12,992 nucleotides of DNA from Campylobacterota bacterium (GCA_034717975.1 JAYEMF010000130.1:1-12992), one strand, 5' to 3'; numbered from the stretch's first letter, positions 1 to 8,984 are shown. Translations and numbers: made by a program. Notes: generated from the letters alone by a model not told the origin.

Positions 1-102
1 GCAAAATGGTTGAAAATGCTAAACGATCAGCCTGCCAGTCATATTTACCGATTGAGCCCGATGAAACAAAAGAAAGAGAGCAGCGATGAAAAACCTTGGT
101 AA
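1..102 (+). CDS. 3' end (partial) of upstream Bat-operon protein (BatB/BatC-like VWA/TPR protein)
   Basis: Frame 1 is open from base 1: AKWLKMLNDQPASHIYRLSPMKQKKESSDEKPW* (TAA 100-102). A terminal ...KPW/KDW* directly before batD is typical of BatB/BatC-type TPR proteins. It overlaps the batD ATG (86) by 17 nt. Not in the ORF track. Confidence 0.7.
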   Translation, partial: AKWLKMLNDQPASHIYRLSPMKQKKESSDEKPW

Positions 103-1558
103 ATTACTGATACTTCTGATGATTGCCTGTCTGCCGGCAGTGGCAAAGTTAAGTATAACCGTAGATTCGCAAAAGGTGACGCTTGGCGAGTCGGTAACAC
201 TGAAGATTCATGCAAGCGGCAGTGATGTAAAAGCACCTGCTTTGAGCCGGGTATGTGACTCGAAGATCACCTCTTCATCACAGGGGACCAGTATCCAGTC
301 GATCAATGGAAATTTTACCAAGAGCTATATCTTCTCCTATCAGTTCACACCGATGCGTGATTGTGTTATTGAGCCGATCAGCATGTGGATCGATGGCAAA
401 GAGGAGCAGTCCGAAGCTATTACTATTGATGTCGTTGCAATGACGATCACAAAGGATTCACCTTTTATTTTAGAGATGAAGACAGAAAAGAAGAGTGTTT
501 ATGTCGGTGAACCGTTTAAGATCACTGTACTTTTCAAGCAGCGCCGAAACAGTGAAGCAGTAGATTCGAAGTTCGTTCCGCCGGAGTTTACCAATTTCTG
601 GACCAAAGAACAGCAGCAATCCCGTCGTTTTGAAGAGGGCGACTACAGTGTCAGCCAACTGCAATTTGTTGTTGCCGCACAAAAAAGCGGAACTTATAGT
701 GTTAACCCCTCTCAGATCAAGATCGCGACACGAAGTCACTCCCGCGATGCATGGGGACAGTGGATGCAGTCTCTGAAATGGCGGACCTATTTCTCCAATC
801 CGCTGGAGATCAGGGTTGATCCGCTGCCTGAAGGTGTTCACCTGGTTGGTGATCTGAACATCAGTGCCACCGTAGACAAACAGGCCCTCAATGCCAATGA
901 GGCGGTAAATCTCAATCTGCAGATCAGCGGAAGCGGAAATTTTGAAGATATCGGCTCACTGAAGCCTGCTGTGAGTGGTGTCTCTGTCTATAATGAAGAG
1001 CCGCAGATCAAAGCGTACATTGAAAATGGCATCTATAAAGGGAGCTGGAATGAGAAATTTGCTTTTGTAAGCGACAAAAGTTTTACAATTCCTCCTTTCA
1101 GTATCCGCTATTTCGATCCGGAAAGTAAAACGATTAAAACGGCAAGTACCAAAGTAATTCCGATTGATGTGAAAGGGAGTGAGCTTACACCGCCGGCACA
1201 GACTCTGACGATCAAGCGTCCTGAAAAGGAAGTAGAGGCGGCGATTGGTGATACGCCCTCTGAATCATCACCAGACTCATTTATTATGGGATTGCTTGCG
1301 GGTCTTTTGCTTGGAATTTCTACCATGTTTTTGCCATGGCGTCAATGGCTCAGTCGTAAAGAGAAAGATCAGAGTCTAAATCTGAAAGACAAAAAGCAGC
1401 TTTTGATGTTTATGCTTCAACACCGTGATGATCCTGAAGCGGCAGAATTGGCTGAAAAGCTTGAAGCGTTAATCTATGAAGGCAAATCGGTCGATATAGA
1501 TAAAAAGACAATCAAAAATGTCATTAAGCGGTTCTCTGAGGCGAAAAACAGTAAATAA
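86..1558 (+). CDS. batD: BatD family protein (oxygen-tolerance Bat operon; signal peptide, beta-rich repeats, C-terminal TM helix)
   Basis: 490 aa. N-terminal signal peptide, repeated motifs (VDSQKVTLGESVTL, KKSVYVGEPF, VDKQALNANEAVNL, SGSGN, IPPFSIRYFDP) and a hydrophobic helix FIMGLLAGLLLGISTMFLPW near the C-terminus. Confidence 0.85.
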   Translation: MKNLGKLLILLMIACLPAVAKLSITVDSQKVTLGESVTLKIHASGSDVKAPALSRVCDSKITSSSQGTSIQSINGNFTKSYIFSYQFTPMRDCVIEPISMWIDGKEEQSEAITIDVVAMTITKDSPFILEMKTEKKSVYVGEPFKITVLFKQRRNSEAVDSKFVPPEFTNFWTKEQQQSRRFEEGDYSVSQLQFVVAAQKSGTYSVNPSQIKIATRSHSRDAWGQWMQSLKWRTYFSNPLEIRVDPLPEGVHLVGDLNISATVDKQALNANEAVNLNLQISGSGNFEDIGSLKPAVSGVSVYNEEPQIKAYIENGIYKGSWNEKFAFVSDKSFTIPPFSIRYFDPESKTIKTASTKVIPIDVKGSELTPPAQTLTIKRPEKEVEAAIGDTPSESSPDSFIMGLLAGLLLGISTMFLPWRQWLSRKEKDQSLNLKDKKQLLMFMLQHRDDPEAAELAEKLEALIYEGKSVDIDKKTIKNVIKRFSEAKNSK

Positions 1559-1580
1559 AGCGCTTTTTCAGATGTTTGTT

Positions 1581-1603
1581 TATAATATCTGTAGAGACAA
1601 GGA
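1581..1603 (+). promoter_or_regulatory. sigma70-type -10 box (TATAAT 1581-1586) and SD (AAGGA 1599-1603) for the GGDEF-like gene
   Basis: Perfect TATAAT. AAGGA lies 5 nt before ATG 1609. Confidence 0.65.
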
Positions 1604-1608
1604 CGAAT

Positions 1609-2529
1609 ATGACAGATCGGGCAGATATGGACAAGGAAAAGCATTTAAATCTTGAAGATGAGCTCAGGTTTTTACAGAAGATCATTGATCAGCAAGATAA
1701 TATTATTATTGTTTCAAACGGTCATGAACTGACGATGGTCAATCATCAGTTTCTTGATTTTTTTGCCCAGCCTTCCCTTAATGCCTTCAAAAGCGAGTTT
1801 GGTGATATCGGCAATGCTTTTGTCCGGCATGAACGCTATTTTCATCTTGGTAAAGTTGAAGCAGGTCAGAACTGGATAGAGTCGTTACGAGCCAAAAAAG
1901 ATACTGAATCCATCGTCTCCATGGTACACCTTGGTGAGTATGAACCCAAAGCATTTGCCGTAAAGGTGAGCAAACTTGATGAGGGTGAGGCCCTGTACGT
2001 TTTGACCTTTACCGATATTACGAGTTTTGCTATCCAGGCCAATCAGTACTTCTATCAGGCAACGCATGACAAATTGACGGGTATCTATAATCGTGTCTAT
2101 TTCTCCGATGCACTTGCAGAGATGGTAGAGGACTCTGCCCAAATGCCACTGGCCATGATCATGTTCAGCTTGGATAACTTTAAAGCTTTTAATGATGATC
2201 ATGGCCATGACAAAGGGGATGACATCATTAAAGATATGGTAGATATGGTCAGTCTGCATCAGCGCGAACATGATCTCTTTGCGCGTTTAGGGGGTAAAAA
2301 TTTTGTCCTGCTCCTGCCAAAGATGGAGAGTGAACGTGCAGATAAACTGGCTCAGAAACTGTGTGATGCAATCGCAGAGATGGAGACATTTGTAGAGAGT
2401 AAGATTACAGCAAGTTTTGGTGTTGCTCCCTATGAGGAGTCAATGCAGGCAGATAAATTTATCAGTCATACTGAGAATTTGCTTGCCAAGGCGAAAGCGG
2501 CAGGGAAGAACAGGGTTATGGCGAAATAG
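1609..2529 (+). CDS. PAS-like + degenerate GGDEF-domain protein (probably inactive diguanylate cyclase; start revised from 1576 to ATG 1609)
   Basis: 306 aa. HDKLTGIYNR, SLDNFKAFNDDHGHDKGD, REHDLFARLGGKNF, ITASFGVA and AKAAGKNRV match the GGDEF fold. The N-terminal region (IIDQQDNIIIV...VNHQFLDFF...YVLTFTDIT) looks PAS-like. Confidence 0.88.
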   Translation: MTDRADMDKEKHLNLEDELRFLQKIIDQQDNIIIVSNGHELTMVNHQFLDFFAQPSLNAFKSEFGDIGNAFVRHERYFHLGKVEAGQNWIESLRAKKDTESIVSMVHLGEYEPKAFAVKVSKLDEGEALYVLTFTDITSFAIQANQYFYQATHDKLTGIYNRVYFSDALAEMVEDSAQMPLAMIMFSLDNFKAFNDDHGHDKGDDIIKDMVDMVSLHQREHDLFARLGGKNFVLLLPKMESERADKLAQKLCDAIAEMETFVESKITASFGVAPYEESMQADKFISHTENLLAKAKAAGKNRVMAK

Positions 2530-2538
2530 TCTCTTCTG

Positions 2539-3366
2539 TTATAGAATATTGTGTAACTCTTTACCGTTTTCCATCCGCTCGTGAAGTTTTTCCCACTCTT
2601 CATCTTTAATCGCTTTTTTGAGACTGGCGAGTTCAGTTTCAAAGACTTCGATGGCATTAAGTACATTGGCCTTGTTCTGACGAAAAATATCTTCCCACAT
2701 TCTTGGTGAGCTTTTGGCAAGTCTGCTCATGGAGCGGAAACCCCCGGCTGCAAGGGTAAGGATATTGTGTTTATCTTCCTGGGCAAGGACGGCATTGGCG
2801 ATAGAGTAGGAGATGGCATGCGGCATATGGCTGATGTAAGCGGCATGGCGGTCATGCTCATGGGCATGCATGTAGTGAAGCTGCATATGGAGTCCGGAAA
2901 AGATACGGACAGCCGTCTCTTGTTGAACCTCCCCGCTATCATTAAGATCACACAGAACGACGACTTTGTCATGGTAAAGCTCTTCGATCGCAGCAGCCGG
3001 ACCAAAGTTTTCGGTTCCGGTCATAGGGTGGGCAGCAACCAGGTTTTTACGGATCGATGGCGGGACTGATTTGACGATCACCTCTTTGGTACTTCCCAAG
3101 TCGATGATGGTGGTGTCACAAGAGATATCCTGAAGCTGCTGCAAGATGGCGATGACACCATTGACAGGAACAGCCAAAATGATGACATCACACTGTTTGA
3201 TTGGCTCAAAGCTTACGATCTCATCAACAAGATTGAGTTCGCGTGCAGCAGCTTGATGCTCTAGATTATGATCGCTGCCGATAATCGACGTGATGAATGG
3301 AAGTTTTTTAAGACTCAGTGCCAGGGAACCACCCATCAATCCAAGCCCGATAATTCCTACTCTCAT
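2539..3366 (-). CDS. tyrA: prephenate dehydrogenase
   Basis: GLGLMGGS Rossmann motif, DLGSTK, HPMTGTE, HDRHAAYISHMPH, AAGGFRSMSRLAKSSPRMWEDIF. SD AAGGAG at 3371-3376 on the minus strand. Confidence 0.96.
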   Translation of the reverse strand: MRVGIIGLGLMGGSLALSLKKLPFITSIIGSDHNLEHQAAARELNLVDEIVSFEPIKQCDVIILAVPVNGVIAILQQLQDISCDTTIIDLGSTKEVIVKSVPPSIRKNLVAAHPMTGTENFGPAAAIEELYHDKVVVLCDLNDSGEVQQETAVRIFSGLHMQLHYMHAHEHDRHAAYISHMPHAISYSIANAVLAQEDKHNILTLAAGGFRSMSRLAKSSPRMWEDIFRQNKANVLNAIEVFETELASLKKAIKDEEWEKLHERMENGKELHNIL

Positions 3367-3389
3367 GCCGCTCCTTTTACTTTGAGAAC

Positions 3390-3395
3390 ATTCTA
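3390..3395 (-). promoter_or_regulatory. putative -10 box (TAGAAT) for tyrA
   Basis: Reverse complement of ATTCTA, about 24 nt upstream of the tyrA ATG. Confidence 0.5.
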
Positions 3396-3447
3396 GCGAT
3401 ATTCGTGTTACATACCCTTGATATTTACGCTATATTAATCGTTTCAG

Positions 3448-3456
3448 TGATAGAAT
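3448..3456 (+). promoter_or_regulatory. extended -10 promoter (TGaTAGAAT) for bamA
   Basis: TGnTAnAAT, the typical Campylobacterota RpoD promoter, about 30 nt upstream of ATG 3486. It argues against the GTG start at 3405. Confidence 0.6.
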
Positions 3457-3485
3457 CTTGCCTATTTTATTTCTGGATGACATGC

Positions 3486-5807
3486 ATGCACCTTAGGCTT
3501 CTCTTTGTTTCACTCTTTTTTACTCTTACGCTCTCTGCAACTACGATCAAAGCTATTAAGTTTGATGGTATGGTACATATCTCCGAAGCGGTTGCCATAC
3601 ACATGCTCCCTTTTAAAGCGGGAGAAGAACTCTCTGAAGAGAAGATAGACAAAGCGATCAAGAAATTTTTTAAACAAGGGTATTTCCTCGATATCTGGGT
3701 TACCGAGGAGGAGGGAGTTCTGACCTTTCATTTTAAAGAGAAGGCTACGATCTCCAAAGTCGAACTCAAAGGTTGGAGCCCGGGGGAGGAAGAGGAAGAG
3801 TATGATCTGCTTCAGATCCGTAAAGGAGCACTTTACGACCCCAAACGCATAGAAGCGGCCAAAGGCCGTATCATCGAAGCGTTAAATCAAGAGGGCAAAA
3901 TCGACTCCGTTGTGGAAGTGGAGAGTGAACATCTTGAAGGCGGCAGTATCGCCGTGACCTATATTGTCAATGAGGGTGAAAATATCATTATTGAACAGCT
4001 GGATTACAGTGGGGTGGAGGGGCTTGAACCGGAAGCCTTTAATGAGATGATCGCCAATAAAGAGCATCAGTTTATGGGCTGGTTCTGGGGCCGTAACGAT
4101 GGCAAAATGAAACTAAGTGAGCTGGACTACGACCCTTTGCGAATCCGCGATATCTATATGCAGCACGGTTACCTTGATGCAAAAATAGATGAACCGTTCG
4201 TGCGTGTTGATTTTGACCACTATACCTCTCAGATGAGTTATCAGATTTTTGAGGGTGAAGTCTATCGTGTCAGCAATATTATCTTGTCACAGGAAAAAAA
4301 TGTGATCGATGATGAGAAGCTGCGTAAAGCGATCACGCTCGAACTCAATGAGCCTTTTAATATCCAGACCTTTCGAACCGATTCTGAACGCATCAAAACT
4401 GTCATTGCCGACCTTGGGTACGCTTATGTTCAAGTGGTTCCCGATCTGCAAAAAGATAAAGAGGCCCGTACCGTGGATGTCGTCTACAAGATCATTCCGG
4501 GAGAGAAGGTGTGGATCCGAAATGTGATTGTTTCGGGAAATACACGTACCCTTGACCGGATACTTCGTCGTGAACTCTATCTCGGGCCTGGCGATATGTA
4601 TAACCTGACCGATCTCAAAGACTCCAGAAATGCATTGGGACGTACCGGTTTTTTTGAGAGCCAGACGGTTGAAGAGAAACGTGTCGATGAACGTACGATG
4701 GATCTGGTCGTCAAAGTCAAAGAGGCACCGACGGGGAACGTTCAGATCGGTGGCGGTTACGGAAGCTATGGCGGCCTTTTGGCAAGTGTCGGCGTCAGTG
4801 ACCGTAATATCTGGGGATCGGGTATCAATATGGGCTTTAATGTCGAGGTCTCTGAACTGACAAAGAACTACTCGTACAATATCTCAAACCCGCGCCTGAA
4901 CGACAGTGATTTCAGCGGAAATTTTTCAGTCTACTACTCCGATACCGAATACAACGACTACTCGGTTGAGACACAGGGTGTCGGTGTAGGGACTGGTCAC
5001 CGTTTTACCCGCCATATAACCGGTTATGTGGGATACAACTACTCTAAAGTTGAATATAAGGACCCGACCACCTTTGTAGATGAATTCGGAAATACGGTCT
5101 CTGTTATAGGAGACGACAACCTTTTCCAAAGTTACAACAAGAGTTCGGTAACGGTTAGTGCATCGTATGACAGCACCGATGACTACTACCTGCCTCGTGA
5201 AGGCGCTGCTGCAAGCCAGAGCCTAGAAAAAGCCGGTTTGGGAGCAGATGCGGAGTTCTGGAAGAGCCGTACGACCTTCAATGTCTATCAGGGACTTAAT
5301 GAGTGGCTTGGCTTTGATCTGATAGCACGCTATAAAGCACGCTACTATTATGCCAGCGATGAGGGTTATCTGCCGTTGAATGAACGTTTTTATATGGGCG
5401 GTATGGGCAGTGTCAGGGGGTATGAGTCTTACTCCCTGCCACTTGTTTATCTAGAAGATGGAAGTGAGTTCAGAGCGGGTGCATCACAGACATTTTCAAA
5501 CAGTGTTGAACTCAGTTTTCCACTGCTTCCAAAAGCTAAAATGCGACTGTCAGCCTTTCTCGACTGGGGGTATATCCCCGGTGAGTCCGGTACCACTACG
5601 GTTAGTAGGATAGATTCGACGGATGGAACGCTGGTGACATCGACAGAGACGTGGGCTTTTGATGATATCTCACGGGGTGGTTATGGTATCGGTATCGAGT
5701 GGTTTTCACCGGTTGGTCCGGTTCAGTTGATCTTTGCAAACACACTTAATGAGCAACCGGGGGATAAAACAAGTACCTTCGAATTTACGATCGGACAGCG
5801 TTTCTAA
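3486..5807 (+). CDS. bamA: outer membrane protein assembly factor BamA (start revised to ATG 3486; ATG 3477 is an alternative)
   Basis: Signal peptide MHLRLLFVSLFFTLTLSA, POTRA repeats (IKFDG...GYF; GNTRTLDRILRRE), barrel entry GNVQIGGGYGS, L6 motif VRGY, SPVGP, and C-terminal FEFTIGQRF. Confidence 0.97.
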   Translation: MHLRLLFVSLFFTLTLSATTIKAIKFDGMVHISEAVAIHMLPFKAGEELSEEKIDKAIKKFFKQGYFLDIWVTEEEGVLTFHFKEKATISKVELKGWSPGEEEEEYDLLQIRKGALYDPKRIEAAKGRIIEALNQEGKIDSVVEVESEHLEGGSIAVTYIVNEGENIIIEQLDYSGVEGLEPEAFNEMIANKEHQFMGWFWGRNDGKMKLSELDYDPLRIRDIYMQHGYLDAKIDEPFVRVDFDHYTSQMSYQIFEGEVYRVSNIILSQEKNVIDDEKLRKAITLELNEPFNIQTFRTDSERIKTVIADLGYAYVQVVPDLQKDKEARTVDVVYKIIPGEKVWIRNVIVSGNTRTLDRILRRELYLGPGDMYNLTDLKDSRNALGRTGFFESQTVEEKRVDERTMDLVVKVKEAPTGNVQIGGGYGSYGGLLASVGVSDRNIWGSGINMGFNVEVSELTKNYSYNISNPRLNDSDFSGNFSVYYSDTEYNDYSVETQGVGVGTGHRFTRHITGYVGYNYSKVEYKDPTTFVDEFGNTVSVIGDDNLFQSYNKSSVTVSASYDSTDDYYLPREGAAASQSLEKAGLGADAEFWKSRTTFNVYQGLNEWLGFDLIARYKARYYYASDEGYLPLNERFYMGGMGSVRGYESYSLPLVYLEDGSEFRAGASQTFSNSVELSFPLLPKAKMRLSAFLDWGYIPGESGTTTVSRIDSTDGTLVTSTETWAFDDISRGGYGIGIEWFSPVGPVQLIFANTLNEQPGDKTSTFEFTIGQRF

Positions 5808-5858
5808 TAGGGGGAAGTGGCAAGGGTAAAGAGGTCGCTTCGCTAAGAGGTAAGTGAG
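5808..5858 (+). repeat. short tandem AAGAGGN-like heptamer array between convergent bamA and ppx
   Basis: TAGGGGG AAGTGGC AAGGGTA AAGAGGT [CGCTTCGCT] AAGAGGT AAGTGAG. Confidence 0.7.
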
Positions 5859-5868
5859 CTTCTTCTTA

Positions 5869-7332
5869 CTACAAGAACTCTACTGATATACCTTTAGGCA
5901 TCTCCAGTGCCTCTACAGCCTCTTTGGCAAGATAGAGCTCCTCTTTTTTGCTCTCAACCGTAATCGTCTTTTTTGTAAAGTAGAGCTCAAAGGCGATCTG
6001 TTGGGCATGGTCGCTCAGCAGCGCATCAGAGAGGGCAAGGATAAAGCTGAGCTGTGTCAGCGTCTTTTCATCCGGCAGTAAAGTCTCATAGGCCTGACGG
6101 TGCAGCTTCTTTGGCCGCTTTCTCTTCTGAAACCGGACCAGTGTCGATATCAGCATGATCTGTTCATGACTATAGCCATACTCTAGGGCGGTCTGCGTAA
6201 GATAGTAGCTGTGCTGGTGCAGTGAGTAAAAGTGAAGGGATGCACCGATCTTTGAGAGTTTGGCGGCGATGAGAAGATCTTCGCGATAGCCTGCAGGAAT
6301 CTCCCATGTCTCATAAAGCAGATCAAACAGTTTTTTACTTACCTGGGCAATATTATTGATCTGTCTCGGTTCAATGGTATAGTGATCAAGAAGATATCGC
6401 ATGGATGGATTGTAGTTCTCGGGAAAGTAGTGTCTGTTATGACGGAGCAGGTCCGTTAAAAAGACCCCTTCACGCACACCGACACCGCTGGTAGTAAGCA
6501 GCTCACTCTGAAGATGATTGATCACCCTGAGTAAAATCAGCGTCCCGGGTTTAATGACATCGAAACGCTCTTTTTTAATGTCGAGTGCTTTGAGCCCATC
6601 AATGTCAGCCTTCAAAATAGCATTTCCATAATCGACTAGTTTTTTGGCTTTAAACTGGTATCCATGTGTTTTGTGCAGTGGGTAATCAGCGCGTTTCATT
6701 AACGCGCGGGAGAGTGCCCGAAATGTTCCACCGACACCGATAAGCTGTTTACAGGTCTGCTCAGGCAGGTTTGAAAGGGCCTTATCAATGTAGTTGATCG
6801 CTCCGTTAACATCATCGTGATCAAAGAAGAGCTCTTTGATGCGAACAGTACCAAGATCAAGAGAGAGTGTCTGAGTTATCTTGCTATCAACAATATAGGC
6901 AAATTCGGTAGAGCCCCCGCCGATATCCACGGTAACGGCACTCATCTTAGGTAAAAGATTGGCACAGGCGATGCCGCCCAAATAGGCCTCTTTCTCGCCA
7001 TCAATCACTTTGATATTTAGTTTCAGCTTCTCATTGATACGTTTTACAAACAGTTTTTGATTGGGAGCATCACGAACAGCTGATGTAGCGACACATAAGA
7101 TTTTGCGTACATGATAGGAGTTGGCGATGGAAAGGAAATCACGCAGTGCCAGTTCGGCACGCTGTATTGCACTCTCCTGGAGATTGCCGTTATCTTCATA
7201 AGCACCTTCGCTGATGCGTACACGGCTTTTGGCTTCATGCAGAAGATGAAAAGCAAAACGGCTCGTCTTTTCGAAGACAACCATTCGTACCGAGTTCGAC
7301 CCGATGTCGATGACTGCGGTACGTTTTGCCAC
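5869..7332 (-). CDS. ppx: Ppx/GppA family exopolyphosphatase / pppGpp phosphohydrolase
   Basis: IDIGSNSVR, ATSAVRDAPN, IDGEKEA, DIGGGSTE, GVGGTFRAL, GVREG, plus a C-terminal helical domain. GTG start lies 3 nt after the ferredoxin stop. Confidence 0.95.
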   Translation of the reverse strand: MAKRTAVIDIGSNSVRMVVFEKTSRFAFHLLHEAKSRVRISEGAYEDNGNLQESAIQRAELALRDFLSIANSYHVRKILCVATSAVRDAPNQKLFVKRINEKLKLNIKVIDGEKEAYLGGIACANLLPKMSAVTVDIGGGSTEFAYIVDSKITQTLSLDLGTVRIKELFFDHDDVNGAINYIDKALSNLPEQTCKQLIGVGGTFRALSRALMKRADYPLHKTHGYQFKAKKLVDYGNAILKADIDGLKALDIKKERFDVIKPGTLILLRVINHLQSELLTTSGVGVREGVFLTDLLRHNRHYFPENYNPSMRYLLDHYTIEPRQINNIAQVSKKLFDLLYETWEIPAGYREDLLIAAKLSKIGASLHFYSLHQHSYYLTQTALEYGYSHEQIMLISTLVRFQKRKRPKKLHRQAYETLLPDEKTLTQLSFILALSDALLSDHAQQIAFELYFTKKTITVESKKEELYLAKEAVEALEMPKGISVEFL

Positions 7333-7335
7333 AGG

Positions 7336-7587
7336 TTACTCTTCTTCTGCCAGTTGCTTATGTTTAAACAGCAACTCTTGCATGGTTTCGGCATTCTCTT
7401 TGTCGAGTGCAATACAGTCAACCGGACAGACAGCGATACATGCCGGTTCATCATAGATACCTACACACTCTGTACAGCGGTCAGGCTCGATCACATAGAT
7501 CGGATCACCCTCTTCAATTGCCTCCGTAGGACACTCTTCGCGACAGGCATCGCATGCTATACATTCATCATTTATCAACAGAGGCAT
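7336..7587 (-). CDS. YfhL-family 2[4Fe-4S] ferredoxin (start revised to ATG 7587)
   Basis: CIACDACREECP and CTECVGIYDEPACIAVCP (CxxCx8CxxxCP). AAGGGTG lies just upstream of ATG 7587. Confidence 0.93.
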   Translation of the reverse strand: MPLLINDECIACDACREECPTEAIEEGDPIYVIEPDRCTECVGIYDEPACIAVCPVDCIALDKENAETMQELLFKHKQLAEEE

Positions 7588-7622
7588 TATCACCCTTTTT
7601 TTAACTCTTTAATTGTGTTCGA

Positions 7623-7631
7623 TTTATAGCA
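7623..7631 (-). promoter_or_regulatory. possible extended -10 (TGcTATAAA) for ferredoxin-ppx
   Basis: Near-consensus TGnTATAA in the AT-rich gap, about 36 nt upstream of the ferredoxin ATG. Confidence 0.45.
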
Positions 7632-7667
7632 GAAGAAAGCTTGCAGAAGTTTTAAAAAAAGTAATAT

Positions 7668-8972
7668 TTATTTGCTATGTATCGGCAAGGCACAGCAGAG
7701 GGTGGAATTGAGTCGTAATGAAGCAACGGCTCCCTCGCTCCCATCTGTCCGATTTTGTAGTTTGATTTTGGCTCCCATTGCTTCAGCCGCACTTTTGGCG
7801 AGGAAGAGTCCCAGGCCCACACCACCTTTGTTTCCTTCGCGCTTAAAAGGAGCAAACAGATCGATACTCTCATCGATCCCGATCCCTTCATCAATCACTT
7901 CGATAAGCAGATCACCTTTGTAGGGCCCACTTTGAATGATTACCCTCTTGCCTTTTGGTGTGAACTTCAGTGCATTTTGCAAAAAGTTTTGAAGGACCTG
8001 GTTGAGCAGATTGATCTGGAGCGTGGCGACAAAGACATCAGGCTGAAGATTGATTTCAAGCGCTTTATCTTCACTGTTGGCCAGTAGAAGAAAATCATCG
8101 GCTTTCTTTCTAATGAGATCGATGACATTGACACGTTCAGGAGGTTCAAGCTGTGCTCCCTCCTGACGACCGACATTAAGGATGTCAGCTACAATTTTGT
8201 TCATTTCGTTGACACTGTCGTTGGTGATTCTGATCGCTTCAATATAGGTTTCAGGATCACGTTTTTTGATCAAGGTGACCTGGTTTTTCAGTTTGATGAC
8301 AGCCAGCGGTGTTTTCAGTTCATGTGCTGCACCTATAAAGAGCTCTTTTTGGTACTTGACGAAGGTTTGGATCCGTCCGATAAGACGGTTCAGTGTTTCG
8401 CCAAGCGGTTCAAATTCCTCCGGAAGTTCTTTGACGTTGATCGGCTTCATCATGTTCTCATTCATGGTGCTCAGACGACGGCTGAGGGTGCGTATGGGTA
8501 CGACAAGCATTTTTGACATGGTGACGGCATATAAAAGAATGAGAATGAACCCGATGGCATTGATGATAAAGATTGAGTTTACTATTTTTCCTAACAGCTT
8601 TTTTGTTGCCGAGATATTTTTTGTTACTTTGAGGTAGGCCAACTCCTCTTCGGAAAAAGGGTGGTTAAGTGTCAGATAGGTCTCTCCCCCTTCGATAGTC
8701 TCATAATACCCTTCATAGATCTGGTTGCTCGAAGGTGTGATCAGTTCGACAGAAAGCCCCAGCAGCGTGTCAGTATTGCTCTGACCGGCTTCAGCCAGTG
8801 ATTGGTAGGAGCAGACATTTTCAGCGTAACGGAGAAGTTCGACTTTTTTCTCCTCTAAAATAGAGTTCTGGATGTAAAGATAGAGCAGAGAAGAGAAGGT
8901 GATGATCAGTGCAGCTGATGCGATAAAAAGCTGGATAAGAAACTGGGTTCTGATACTGCGTTGTGAAAACAT
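7668..8972 (-). CDS. membrane HAMP-domain sensor histidine kinase (CosS-like, probable partner of HsrA/CosR)
   Basis: Two TM helices, HAMP (PIRTLSRRL...PEEFEPLGETLNRL), H-box AAHELKTPL, N-box NFLQNALKF, G1 DEGIGI, F-box LFAPF, G2 GVGLGL. Confidence 0.93.
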   Translation of the reverse strand: MFSQRSIRTQFLIQLFIASAALIITFSSLLYLYIQNSILEEKKVELLRYAENVCSYQSLAEAGQSNTDTLLGLSVELITPSSNQIYEGYYETIEGGETYLTLNHPFSEEELAYLKVTKNISATKKLLGKIVNSIFIINAIGFILILLYAVTMSKMLVVPIRTLSRRLSTMNENMMKPINVKELPEEFEPLGETLNRLIGRIQTFVKYQKELFIGAAHELKTPLAVIKLKNQVTLIKKRDPETYIEAIRITNDSVNEMNKIVADILNVGRQEGAQLEPPERVNVIDLIRKKADDFLLLANSEDKALEINLQPDVFVATLQINLLNQVLQNFLQNALKFTPKGKRVIIQSGPYKGDLLIEVIDEGIGIDESIDLFAPFKREGNKGGVGLGLFLAKSAAEAMGAKIKLQNRTDGSEGAVASLRLNSTLCCALPIHSK

Positions 8973-8978
8973 ACGATA

Positions 8979-8984
8979 ATTTTA
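8979..8984 (-). promoter_or_regulatory. -10 box (TAAAAT) 6 nt upstream of the kinase ATG; probable leaderless promoter
   Basis: Minus strand reads ...attgTAAAATtatcgtATG, with no SD-like purine tract. Confidence 0.55.

Noticed and set aside
2530..2538. 9-bp gap with no terminator between convergent GGDEF-like gene and tyrA
   Set aside because: Common in compact genomes; no further signal.
3405..3485. Long N-terminal extension of BamA given by the ORF track (also upstream starts at 1576, 7593, 10168, 11817)
   Set aside because: Promoter and SD positions, the signal peptide and stop/start overlaps all favour the downstream ATGs.
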